A stretch of 48,351 nt of DNA from a virus. Taxonomy: Duplodnaviria; Heunggongvirae; Uroviricota; Caudoviricetes. Of the stretch, positions 29,102 through 37,029 are shown piece after piece. The notes under the pieces are model-generated. The model did no database searches and had not been told where the DNA came from. It was given only the letters and a program-made list of their open reading frames with translations. The translations under genes and the position numbers were made by a program. The DNA is taken from the IMG/VR virus record IMGVR_UViG_2654588181_000001; one strand, written 5' to 3'. How positions within the stretch are numbered: position 1 is the stretch's first letter; every line of letters begins with the position of its first letter.

Positions 29102-29727
29102 AGGTTGCCCTCCTGAATACGCTTAAACTCAATTACCCATACCCACGGGTTAGATAGCCAGTTCTCTTGCCCGTAAATACCGCGCCAGATATCACCAAAG
29201 CCAACACGATAAACAGCTTCCGGCGGTGTAATTTTGTACGTCGCCGGAGATGCGCCTTCAGCTTTAGCATCTGCCTCGCTCATGTCATGCAGCCGTTCCA
29301 CACGCACGTCGGTTATTTCCAACAGAATGCGGCTGGCCCAACGTGGCATGTGAATCGACGGGGTCCAGCCCTCAGCTGGCTTGCTACTATCTGAGTAATC
29401 AGCCTTGTAATCACACAGTTCAGAAGCCAGAGAGACACCATCTTTGATTTCCTGAATGACATCGTTATCCAGCCAAAAAGCGTTGAATGTTTCACGGACC
29501 CATATGCGATCTCCAACGTTACCGAACGGGCATAAACCATGTTCCGGTGCATCCATAACGTGGGTATAGACACCATTGCGTTTCTTTGTCGGTTTACGGA
29601 TAACCAGGCAGTTATCGGCCCTGACATTTTTTACAGGTCGGCGAGTCTGCGTCTTCCTTCCTTCGAGGATGGCCCGGACCATCTCATCGTTAAAAATCAT
29701 GCCGCGCTCTTTCACTCTCCCTCCCAC
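29098..29727 (-). CDS. hypothetical protein, ASCH/PUA-like N-terminus
   Basis: 209-aa ORF; N-terminal MVRAILEGRKTQTRRPV...GDRIWVRETF pattern recalled from ASCH-domain proteins. Confidence 0.45.
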   Translation of the reverse strand: MGGRVKERGMIFNDEMVRAILEGRKTQTRRPVKNVRADNCLVIRKPTKKRNGVYTHVMDAPEHGLCPFGNVGDRIWVRETFNAFWLDNDVIQEIKDGVSLASELCDYKADYSDSSKPAEGWTPSIHMPRWASRILLEITDVRVERLHDMSEADAKAEGASPATYKITPPEAVYRVGFGDIWRGIYGQENWLSNPWVWVIEFKRIQEGNL

Positions 29728-29956
29728 GTTTTCAGACTTTCACCACAAAACGGGCAAAATGAGACTCGAATAGGTGATTTAGAAAACTCACCGGAACGCA
29801 ACATCACCAAATCAGGTCCACGGGTTAAACTCTCATTCCAGATTTTGTATAGCAGTAAGCCTTTTCTTACTGAGCATTCAGCATCGTGCTCAAGAGACTT
29901 TGCCAATGCAGCACACGGCTCTATTCGATTGCCATTAATTCGACAATTTGATCCAC

Positions 29957-30322
29957 TCACTTCAACTCCTCCCGACGACGTTCCTGAAGCTCTAGCATTG
30001 CGGCTCGGAAATCCTGCCACCATTCCTCATCGGCTACTGGGGTGTTCCGCTCCAGCACCTTGTCCGCATCGGCGATCAGGTTTGCCAGACTCTTGTCTGA
30101 AATCTTCGTTACCGGAGTCGTTGGTTGCTCAACCTGCCCGATAGGTTTTATCGTGCTCAAAAGGAGGCGACGGCGGGAAAGTGGTGCCCCACAACGACGG
30201 CCATCTTCCTTGCGATATGTTTCTTTCGGACCAACACACCAGGTTGTCGGCGTTTCGCGTAACTTCACTTTTTTCTCACCATCAATGGTGATGATTATTC
30301 CGGTATGGGTTTTGATGCTCAT
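29957..30322 (-). CDS. hypothetical protein
   Basis: 121-aa ORF, overlaps upstream gene stop. Confidence 0.45.
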   Translation of the reverse strand: MSIKTHTGIIITIDGEKKVKLRETPTTWCVGPKETYRKEDGRRCGAPLSRRRLLLSTIKPIGQVEQPTTPVTKISDKSLANLIADADKVLERNTPVADEEWWQDFRAAMLELQERRREELK

Positions 30323-30621
30323 GCCACAGCCCCTCTCAACGGCTTAACTTTGGCTAATAAGGTGTTAAACAACATGGAGTTAGGATTCATGCCAAATGGC
30401 AATTCCGGTTTAGCGGAGTAGTACAGGCAACCATTTATTTTCCTGGTTGTTATCTGTCCTTCGGCAACCATGCTTCTCAGTCTGCAACGCATAGAGTTCT
30501 GCGACACACCAATGTGCTCCGCGATTACGTCCACTTTTGAACATGGGTGATCGGTCAGGAAATTAATCACATCTTGGGGGTTAATAATTTTGCGTTTCAT
30601 TGTCGAGGCGTCCTTATACAT
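30319..30621 (-). CDS. small HTH DNA-binding protein (first gene of 4-gene operon); start may be second ATG at 30600
   Basis: 100-aa ORF; AT-palindrome motif and terminator hairpin immediately upstream. Confidence 0.5.
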   Translation of the reverse strand: MYKDASTMKRKIINPQDVINFLTDHPCSKVDVIAEHIGVSQNSMRCRLRSMVAEGQITTRKINGCLYYSAKPELPFGMNPNSMLFNTLLAKVKPLRGAVA

Positions 30622-30677
30622 TTATATAAATATATAATTCTATATACGGCGGGAGACATCCCGCCGTAGGCTTACTG

Positions 30678-31745
30678 TCAGGCTTTCAATAGCGATTCTT
30701 TCAGATATCGGGCATCAGCCAGGGCGTTTGGAGTAATCTTGCGAACCCATGCATTACGGGTTGGACTCCACTTAAAGGCGCGTGATTTAAGCAGCGAACG
30801 AATGTTTGCCTCTGGTTTGCCAGGGAAATAAAACAGGATGCGGTTATCCTCTGGATCTATCTCCATAGAAAAGCCGTCGTATTCTTCGCGCTGTGCTCCT
30901 GTTACAGACTTGACCGATTCAAGCTCCTTAATACGGCTCTGTAGTCGTTTGATTTCGGCGTTATTGTTGCTCAGTGCGTATGAAGGGAATCCGATGCGCC
31001 CACAGAAATCTCCGGCCAGTAACTCTTTGGCTTCGCTTTCTGTAAACCTGAGATCGATTAATGCAGAAAGCTGCTGTATTTGGTCTTTTTTGTATTTGCG
31101 AATGGCCTTATTTGCGGCCTTCATTTTGACGTGTGACTTCATGCAGCCTTGCAGCTTACGAAGCAACTTAAATAGCGCATCAGGATCATCAGACGAAATT
31201 CCATTACGACCAACACCTGCGGCTTTGCTCTCGTAGTGTGATGCTTTACTTTCGCATTCAACAAACGCTTTTCTGAATAACGCATCAGCTTTAGACAAAC
31301 GGCGGCGATGGCCTTTCGCGCTATAATGGTCAACTAAAATCGGCTGGCCTAACGGGATCACATCCAACAGGTCATGCGCTCGCTTATGCGCTACCGCACC
31401 TTCTTTTCTGGCTTTTTCTGCACGAGCAATATATCGGGCAAGACGCGCGTTCTGGCGTTCCTGATAGGTGTTTACGTAATCATCTCCGCGCTGCTGCTGT
31501 TCAAGCCATGCTTTGCGCAGATCTTCTGTTACGTCCACCAGCTCCGCAGGGATACAACCAGTTTGGGCTTCATAAGAGTAACCATCCTCATAGATACGCC
31601 CATCGTCTTCAACAAAGAAAAAGGTTTCGTGCTCATCGCTTTTGACCATACGACCATTAACATGGCGTAATAGGTAGCCAGTATCAGTGCTTAACAGGCT
31701 GTTAGGGTTGTTGATCCAGTCAGAAATAATTACTTGTTTATTCAT
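30678..31745 (-). CDS. conserved hypothetical protein (possibly DUF3560-like)
   Basis: 355-aa ORF directly driven by promoter-leader cassette copy 2. Confidence 0.55.
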   Translation of the reverse strand: MNKQVIISDWINNPNSLLSTDTGYLLRHVNGRMVKSDEHETFFFVEDDGRIYEDGYSYEAQTGCIPAELVDVTEDLRKAWLEQQQRGDDYVNTYQERQNARLARYIARAEKARKEGAVAHKRAHDLLDVIPLGQPILVDHYSAKGHRRRLSKADALFRKAFVECESKASHYESKAAGVGRNGISSDDPDALFKLLRKLQGCMKSHVKMKAANKAIRKYKKDQIQQLSALIDLRFTESEAKELLAGDFCGRIGFPSYALSNNNAEIKRLQSRIKELESVKSVTGAQREEYDGFSMEIDPEDNRILFYFPGKPEANIRSLLKSRAFKWSPTRNAWVRKITPNALADARYLKESLLKA

Positions 31746-31865
31746 CAGATTTCTCCGGTTTAACCAGGGCGGGTATCGCTCGGTTTCGGGTATAACCTTA
31801 GGAAATTTTTTCCCACCTGTAAAGCACTTTTTATATAAATCTATAATTATATATTTATAGATTTT
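31746..31865 (-). promoter_or_regulatory. repeated promoter-leader cassette, copy 2
   Basis: Same ~115-bp element as copies 1 and 3; -10 variant TAAGGT; leader ...CCGGAGAAATCTG ATG. Confidence 0.6.
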
Positions 31866-31914
31866 CGATGTTCCCGATGTCTACACACCATCAAAACAGC
31901 TCAAAATGACACTT

Positions 31915-32292
31915 TTACTCTCTTCGCTTTTTCAAATAGTCGACAACATACGCCCTGGCTTTTGCCAGCTTCCGGCGATACTGTCTGAGACTAAGAGAAA
32001 GGGCGTGGGCTTTATCAATATGCGGTGCATTTATGTCGAGGCCCCGAATCTCCCACGCCCCGTATTCAATTCGGACAACCAGCGCCGCAGTCTCATCAAC
32101 TACCGTGAGGGCCGTCACCGCTCCCTCGATACTAGTTTCCAGTGAGTCATTTGGTGCGCCGCCCCCTCCGGTAAACTGGCAACGCGTAACCATCATCATT
32201 TCTAACATCGACGCGAAACCGCTACGGGCGTTGCAGCCATTGCGCACCCACAGCGCCCATAGCTCAAACAAGCTATCCAGATCGCGTCTCAC
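31915..32292 (-). CDS. hypothetical protein, possible Q-like late antiterminator
   Basis: 125-aa ORF ending 50 bp upstream of cassette copy 2; weak resemblance (LFELWALWVRNG) to a short Q family recalled from phage 21/933W; not verifiable here. Confidence 0.3.
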   Translation of the reverse strand: MRRDLDSLFELWALWVRNGCNARSGFASMLEMMMVTRCQFTGGGGAPNDSLETSIEGAVTALTVVDETAALVVRIEYGAWEIRGLDINAPHIDKAHALSLSLRQYRRKLAKARAYVVDYLKKRRE

Positions 32293-32295
32293 TGT

Positions 32296-32628
32296 TCAGA
32301 TCTCCCGTATCGTGACGGGATAAAGCGCCTCTACCTGCTTTTTCTTCATGATGTAGACGTCTGTTCGCACACCTTTAGTGTCGACACAATCAATCGTCCC
32401 ATCGTCATAAAACACCATGAAATCAAGTTTATAAACGACACCACCTGGCAGATGAAAAGGCACCTGCATAAGAAACGTCACAACGCGGCCAGCTTTTCTC
32501 AGTAGCTTCAGTTCGCAGTAGTAATCAGCCTCTTTTTTGCTATCAAAAGCGATATCATCGACAACAGTTTTTTTATTGCCGTATTTGCTTTTCCTGGTCG
32601 CTGGTTTGCGAAAGCCGGTATATCTCAT
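32296..32628 (-). CDS. hypothetical protein (DUF1064-like)
   Basis: 110-aa ORF; KYGNKKTVVDDIAFDSKKEADYY pattern. Confidence 0.5.
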   Translation of the reverse strand: MRYTGFRKPATRKSKYGNKKTVVDDIAFDSKKEADYYCELKLLRKAGRVVTFLMQVPFHLPGGVVYKLDFMVFYDDGTIDCVDTKGVRTDVYIMKKKQVEALYPVTIREI

Positions 32629-33029
32629 TTGGTATCCCCTGGTACTTCACCAAGACTAAGATCAAACCCAATTTCGTCTTTAACTGACTGCGGCAACAGC
32701 TCCCACGTCTGCGCACACAAAAATTCATCGGTGCCATAACGCTCAACAAAGCGAGCACAATTACTCAGGGGAGGGTGACGAACGGCAATATGCGGAGGCA
32801 CGCGCCCACCACCAGGCACAACACCGCGATGATGTGGTGCGCACAACCCAAAGCTATGGAAGTGGCAATTCTCATCAACGCTGCCGTAATCAGGATCGTG
32901 ATGTAGCTCCGTCCACAGCTCTGGATTCTCAATTTCACGGCCATCAATAATGCAAGCTATGCAACCCACGTGAGTGAGCACCGCTTGTATATAAAGTTTC
33001 TCTTTCTTCGTTGGTGTACGTCCGTTCAT
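32625..33029 (-). CDS. hypothetical Cys/His-rich protein (possible HNH/Ref-like nuclease)
   Basis: 134-aa ORF with CxxC and HH motifs. Confidence 0.4.
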   Translation of the reverse strand: MNGRTPTKKEKLYIQAVLTHVGCIACIIDGREIENPELWTELHHDPDYGSVDENCHFHSFGLCAPHHRGVVPGGGRVPPHIAVRHPPLSNCARFVERYGTDEFLCAQTWELLPQSVKDEIGFDLSLGEVPGDTK

Positions 33030-33262
33030 CAGCGCCCCTTACCATTGATAAAGAGGTTGAACTCGTTGATTAACTGGACATACATGCTTCTGGCCGCGTA
33101 GTTCTTTGCCAGCTCTTTACGGGATGAGATCCCGCAAAACTCACGCAGAATCACAGAGGCCTCAGAACTGTTTGAAACGTTCTTCCCTGTTTTACTGGTC
33201 AGAAAGCGCCAGAATTGGGGATTCTGGCAATGCATCGCAGCACCGCGAACATAACTACTCAT
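33029..33262 (-). CDS. hypothetical protein
   Basis: 77-aa ORF. Confidence 0.35.
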   Translation of the reverse strand: MSSYVRGAAMHCQNPQFWRFLTSKTGKNVSNSSEASVILREFCGISSRKELAKNYAARSMYVQLINEFNLFINGKGR

Positions 33263-33774
33263 TGATGGCCCCCGTCATTTCTGGTGCTTTTCACCGTGCG
33301 GCTTCTTAAAAACCTGCCATCACGAACAACAGACACTTCTCGTTTACCCAACCTCATTTCACGGCGGTAACATTCAGAAAATGCCTCGTCCGGCATCATA
33401 TAAATGCGACGCTTCGCCTCCGTATCCAGAAGGGAACGGCTTGGGGTTACATATAAAAACGACTCATCAATAGGGACAAAACCACGAGCAAGAATTGCTG
33501 GCAGAATGCCAGGAAGAACGCAGAAAACAGCTCCACGATGCAGCAACATCTGGTACTCCATGACCTCCGTTATCCCCGTGACTACTGTTACGGTGTCACG
33601 TCTGTTACGGCTGGCAACCAGTCGCTGCACACGTCCAATTTTCTGATCTACAGATAGATGTTTGCTATCGTTATCAATATGATCGATAACAAATCCTTTA
33701 ATCGTTTGATCAAGGTAGTGCACCACCTGCGATTGAATCTGGTGATTATCACCAAAGAAGGCCAGAATCATCAT
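33259..33774 (-). CDS. hypothetical protein
   Basis: 171-aa ORF in early-right operon. Confidence 0.45.
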   Translation of the reverse strand: MMILAFFGDNHQIQSQVVHYLDQTIKGFVIDHIDNDSKHLSVDQKIGRVQRLVASRNRRDTVTVVTGITEVMEYQMLLHRGAVFCVLPGILPAILARGFVPIDESFLYVTPSRSLLDTEAKRRIYMMPDEAFSECYRREMRLGKREVSVVRDGRFLRSRTVKSTRNDGGHQ

Positions 33775-34265
33775 TCCTCAAGCCTCCCAAGTGCTGAACG
33801 CCGGGCGTTGCTAATCTCCTTATGAATCAGCTCGATATCGCTGGAATCTTTATTCTTAAGCTCCAGCACGGTAATCGCATCACGAACCTCTGAAACGGTT
33901 ACGTGTGAGTGTTTCCAGCGAGCAATGAATCGCGGACCGCGTAGATTGCAACGCTCCGCAGGCATCCCCAGCTCAGAGAAAACCGCTTTCAGCCTTGATA
34001 AGCAGTTAACAGGGAGATTCCCTTTGATCTTGTTCTGCCGAACCGATGTGCCATCGCTACGCTGGCGCTGACGTTCGGCAAAATCTGCCGCCCATTGCTG
34101 GACGTTAATCCGGCCTTCCGAATACGCCACCAGCAGCGTCAGGTTATCCGCACGAGGGAATCTCTCGAAGCGATACCAGGCACCAATCAGTGATGACGTA
34201 AAGCCAAACTTTCTGGCAACACCAATTTGGCCTCCATTTTCGTCAACCCACTCCTGAAAGGTCAT
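33771..34265 (-). CDS. HTH DNA-binding protein, Cro-position early regulator
   Basis: 164-aa ORF divergent from CI-like gene across operator-rich region; N-terminal HTH; SD GGAG upstream. Confidence 0.55.
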   Translation of the reverse strand: MTFQEWVDENGGQIGVARKFGFTSSLIGAWYRFERFPRADNLTLLVAYSEGRINVQQWAADFAERQRQRSDGTSVRQNKIKGNLPVNCLSRLKAVFSELGMPAERCNLRGPRFIARWKHSHVTVSEVRDAITVLELKNKDSSDIELIHKEISNARRSALGRLEE

Positions 34266-34284
34266 TTAACGAACTCCAGTTAAA

Positions 34285-34402
34285 ACCACGATATGTGGTA
34301 TTAAAACCACATATCGTGAGTTTTTCAATGGGCGAAACAAAAAATAACCTTCTATTTGTGGTCCACCTCTCGTCTTACCATGTGAAAACCACTAAATGTG
34401 GT
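34285..34402. promoter_or_regulatory. divergent promoter/operator region with ACCAC-N5-GTGGT operators
   Basis: ACCACGATATGTGGT (34285..34299), ACCACATATCGTG (34306..34318), GTGGTCCAC (34357..34365), ACCACTAAATGTGGT (34388..34402). Confidence 0.65.
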
Positions 34403-34439
34403 AATGTATAAATAACCCACCATTCACGATTGATGAGAC

Positions 34440-35096
34440 ATGAAAAGCAACGACGAGAACATCAAGAAAGAAATAGGTCTGCGCATTCAGACTCTACGGA
34501 AACAATCCGGCATGACTGCCGGAGATCTCCAGCAAGTCACTGGAATAGGCTTAAGCACCTTGCAGAACTATGAGGCCGGATTAAGACAACCATCTATACC
34601 TGCCATCAAGAAAATCGCGCACGCCCTAAAAGCATCAGCGCCTTACATCGCGTGCTTAACAGATAACCCGTTCCCACCCCAGAATACTAACGCTCCTGTT
34701 ATTCCTGGGCTTGTAGCTATAAAAAATGACATAGCATCGCACGCCGGAGAAAAGCCTGTGCTGGCGATAGAACAGGAGATTTTACGAAGCAAGAACATCA
34801 ACCCATCGTCTCTGTCAGTTCTCCAGAGCAACGATGAGTTAATGTCACCAACAATATCCCCTGGCTCCCAAGTCCTGATTAATACAGACGATACAGAGAT
34901 TCATGAGGGGATCTATGCCCTTGAAGACAGAAATGGCCTAGTTGTTTTGAGGCACTGTAGAGTCATACCGGGTGACAATGCTGTTATGCTGTCAACCGAA
35001 AGGGATGCTGAAATGAACACTAAGCATCTGAATAACGAGGAATTTAAGCGTTATAAAGTTCTTGGCCGCGTAGTTAGTGTTGTCAACTGGTTATGA
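34440..35096 (+). CDS. CI-like repressor (HTH plus S24/LexA-like autocleavage domain)
   Basis: 218-aa ORF; N-terminal HTH; C-terminal ELMSPTISPGSQVLIN resembles S24 Ser-nucleophile region. Confidence 0.8.
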   Translation: MKSNDENIKKEIGLRIQTLRKQSGMTAGDLQQVTGIGLSTLQNYEAGLRQPSIPAIKKIAHALKASAPYIACLTDNPFPPQNTNAPVIPGLVAIKNDIASHAGEKPVLAIEQEILRSKNINPSSLSVLQSNDELMSPTISPGSQVLINTDDTEIHEGIYALEDRNGLVVLRHCRVIPGDNAVMLSTERDAEMNTKHLNNEEFKRYKVLGRVVSVVNWL

Positions 35097-35188
35097 TACA
35101 CAGCACGGCGGAAGCCGTGCATTTCTACGCTCAAAAAAACCACATTTTGTGGTTTTGACAACATGTAAAAGTATAAAAGAGGCTACGC

Positions 35189-35563
35189 ATGGAATTACAT
35201 ACAGCCAATAAAAACGAAACTCTGATCACTGCTGGAATCGAAATCCAAGCGTTGAACATAGCGATTGAGTGTATGTTATGCCAAATCATTGATAATGAGA
35301 AAGATATCGACTGGATAGAATCTATCCTTCATCTGGCATCAGAACAAAAAGTCTGCCTCAAAACGGCCTTACAATACGATGTGCCAGCGGTATCGAAGCT
35401 GTGCCAGCCATTGATGGCATATAACAGAGCTATTATTTCTGTATGCCTCATGATTCTCGATGAAAACACCCCTCTTAGCGACCGCTCAGAAGCTGCTCTA
35501 ACCCTCTCACGTAAACAGCGACAGCTAGCAAATCAACTGATATCAACGATAGCTGACCTCTGA
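35189..35563 (+). CDS. hypothetical protein downstream of repressor (superinfection-exclusion position)
   Basis: 124-aa ORF preceded by operator-like ACCACATTTTGTGGT at 35140..35154 overlapping a TTGACA. Confidence 0.45.
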   Translation: MELHTANKNETLITAGIEIQALNIAIECMLCQIIDNEKDIDWIESILHLASEQKVCLKTALQYDVPAVSKLCQPLMAYNRAIISVCLMILDENTPLSDRSEAALTLSRKQRQLANQLISTIADL

Positions 35564-35713
35564 CTGCAAGCGGGCTAACGCCCGCTTATATGATTATAGA
35601 TTTATATAATTATATAAAACGCTTTTCATCCGCCAAAAAGTTGGTTATGCTTACCTCGTTCTATAAATATAGATTTATAGAATTATATAATCAAACACAT
35701 GGAGTCTCGACAA

Positions 35714-36367
35714 ATGACTATCTCTGTAGGTATTTTCAACGGAAAAGGTGGCGTAACCAAATCAACAATTGCCCGTGCTTTAGCAGTTGCTTATGCAAAG
35801 GCTGGCTGGAATGTATGCCTGATCGATATGGATGTGCTTAACGGAACGGTAACGCGTTGGGTACAACGCAGAATGGCCAACAATATCGAACCAGCAATCG
35901 CGGCGCAGCCGTGCGGCACACCATCACAAGTCCAGAAAATCATCGAATCAGAAGTATACGACCTGGTTATCGTTGATGGCGGTGCCTACGCATCTGAATC
36001 AGTACCGAAGCTATCTGAATTTCTGGATATGGTTATTTTGCCAACCCGATTCTCTACCGATGACCTGGAAACCACCGTTAACACTGCTCACGGCATCGTT
36101 AAAAAGGGTGTACCAATCAAGAAAATTTGCATGGTGTTTTCCGGCGCGGCTGAAAACGAAGCTGACTATATTGAAGCCCAAGAGTACCTGGCTAATACGC
36201 CATACTTTGTTGTCGATAAGTACATTCCCCACAAGCCAGCTCTGAGCAAAGCTCAGGATAAGGGCTTAAGCCTCATTGAATGCTCATACGTTGCGCCACG
36301 CAAAAAGGCAGACGACGTTATTCAGGGGATTATCAACCAGCTTGAGGCTCTGACTACTGCCGCGTAA
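35714..36367 (+). CDS. parA: ParA-family partition ATPase
   Basis: Deviant Walker A GIFNGKGGVTKST at N-terminus; ATG at 35714 with GGAG 10 nt upstream. Confidence 0.85.
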   Translation: MTISVGIFNGKGGVTKSTIARALAVAYAKAGWNVCLIDMDVLNGTVTRWVQRRMANNIEPAIAAQPCGTPSQVQKIIESEVYDLVIVDGGAYASESVPKLSEFLDMVILPTRFSTDDLETTVNTAHGIVKKGVPIKKICMVFSGAAENEADYIEAQEYLANTPYFVVDKYIPHKPALSKAQDKGLSLIECSYVAPRKKADDVIQGIINQLEALTTAA

Positions 36368-36410
36368 TATATAATTATAGTTTTATAGATTTATATAAGA
36401 GGGGATACAC

Positions 36411-36659
36411 ATGGCCGCACCATCAAAACCACCAAAGAAGAACAGCAAAGGCGTACCGCCATCGATCGAACAACCGCAAGTTTTCGACCCGACTGAAACG
36501 CCAACCAGAACCAAATCAGGTGGGGCTCAAATGGCGTTTAATGTCGACCCTGAATTTAAACGCGAGTACAAAACGTTCGCCAGCTCAATGGATATGTCAT
36601 TGAAAGAAGTGCTGACAAAGTCTTTTGAGTTACTCAAGGCTCAATACAACCAGAAGTAA
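36411..36659 (+). CDS. small centromere-binding partner (ParG-like RHH)
   Basis: 82-aa ORF directly after parA; disordered basic N-terminus then MAFNVDPEFKREYKTFA RHH-like segment. Confidence 0.55.
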   Translation: MAAPSKPPKKNSKGVPPSIEQPQVFDPTETPTRTKSGGAQMAFNVDPEFKREYKTFASSMDMSLKEVLTKSFELLKAQYNQK

Positions 36660-36688
36660 GAGAAGGTGACGGCCTCCAGCGCCAACTG

Positions 36689-36871
36689 TTGGCCGTCGCG
36701 ACACAACAAGGGGAATTTGTTATGTCCGAACAACAATATACACGGTTACTGAAAACTCGTCTAACCGACCTCAAACGGCTGCAAGCTGGTCGCTTATTTG
36801 CCCTGCTATCCACCAGGCCAGAATGGGTACGTGAAGCAGTTCTGAAAGGCTTAATGCGCTCCAGCGTTTAA
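36689..36871 (+). CDS. hypothetical small protein
   Basis: 60-aa ORF. Confidence 0.3.
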   Translation: MAVATQQGEFVMSEQQYTRLLKTRLTDLKRLQAGRLFALLSTRPEWVREAVLKGLMRSSV

Positions 36872-36880
36872 ATTCAACCA

Positions 36881-36903
36881 TAAAAAAGGCCCCCGAAGGG
36901 GCC
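36881..36903 (-). terminator. rho-independent terminator
   Basis: GGCCCC-CGAA-GGGGCC hairpin followed by T-run on minus strand. Confidence 0.5.
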
Positions 36904-36909
36904 TAATCG

Positions 36910-37029
36910 CTACTTGCTGCTAATGTTTATCGTCACATTCAGAGCGTTATCAGTAATCTTCCAACCCTCCCCATGTGGCGTAAACAAAGCTCCAGTAACA
37001 ACGATAAAAATACACATACAGTATTTTTT
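36910..37029 (-). CDS. small hydrophobic peptide (40 aa) with own SD and terminator
   Basis: MKKYCMCIFIVVTGALFTPHGEGW...; AAGGG 8 nt upstream of ATG; terminator immediately downstream. Confidence 0.35.
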   Translation of the reverse strand, partial: KKYCMCIFIVVTGALFTPHGEGWKITDNALNVTINISSK

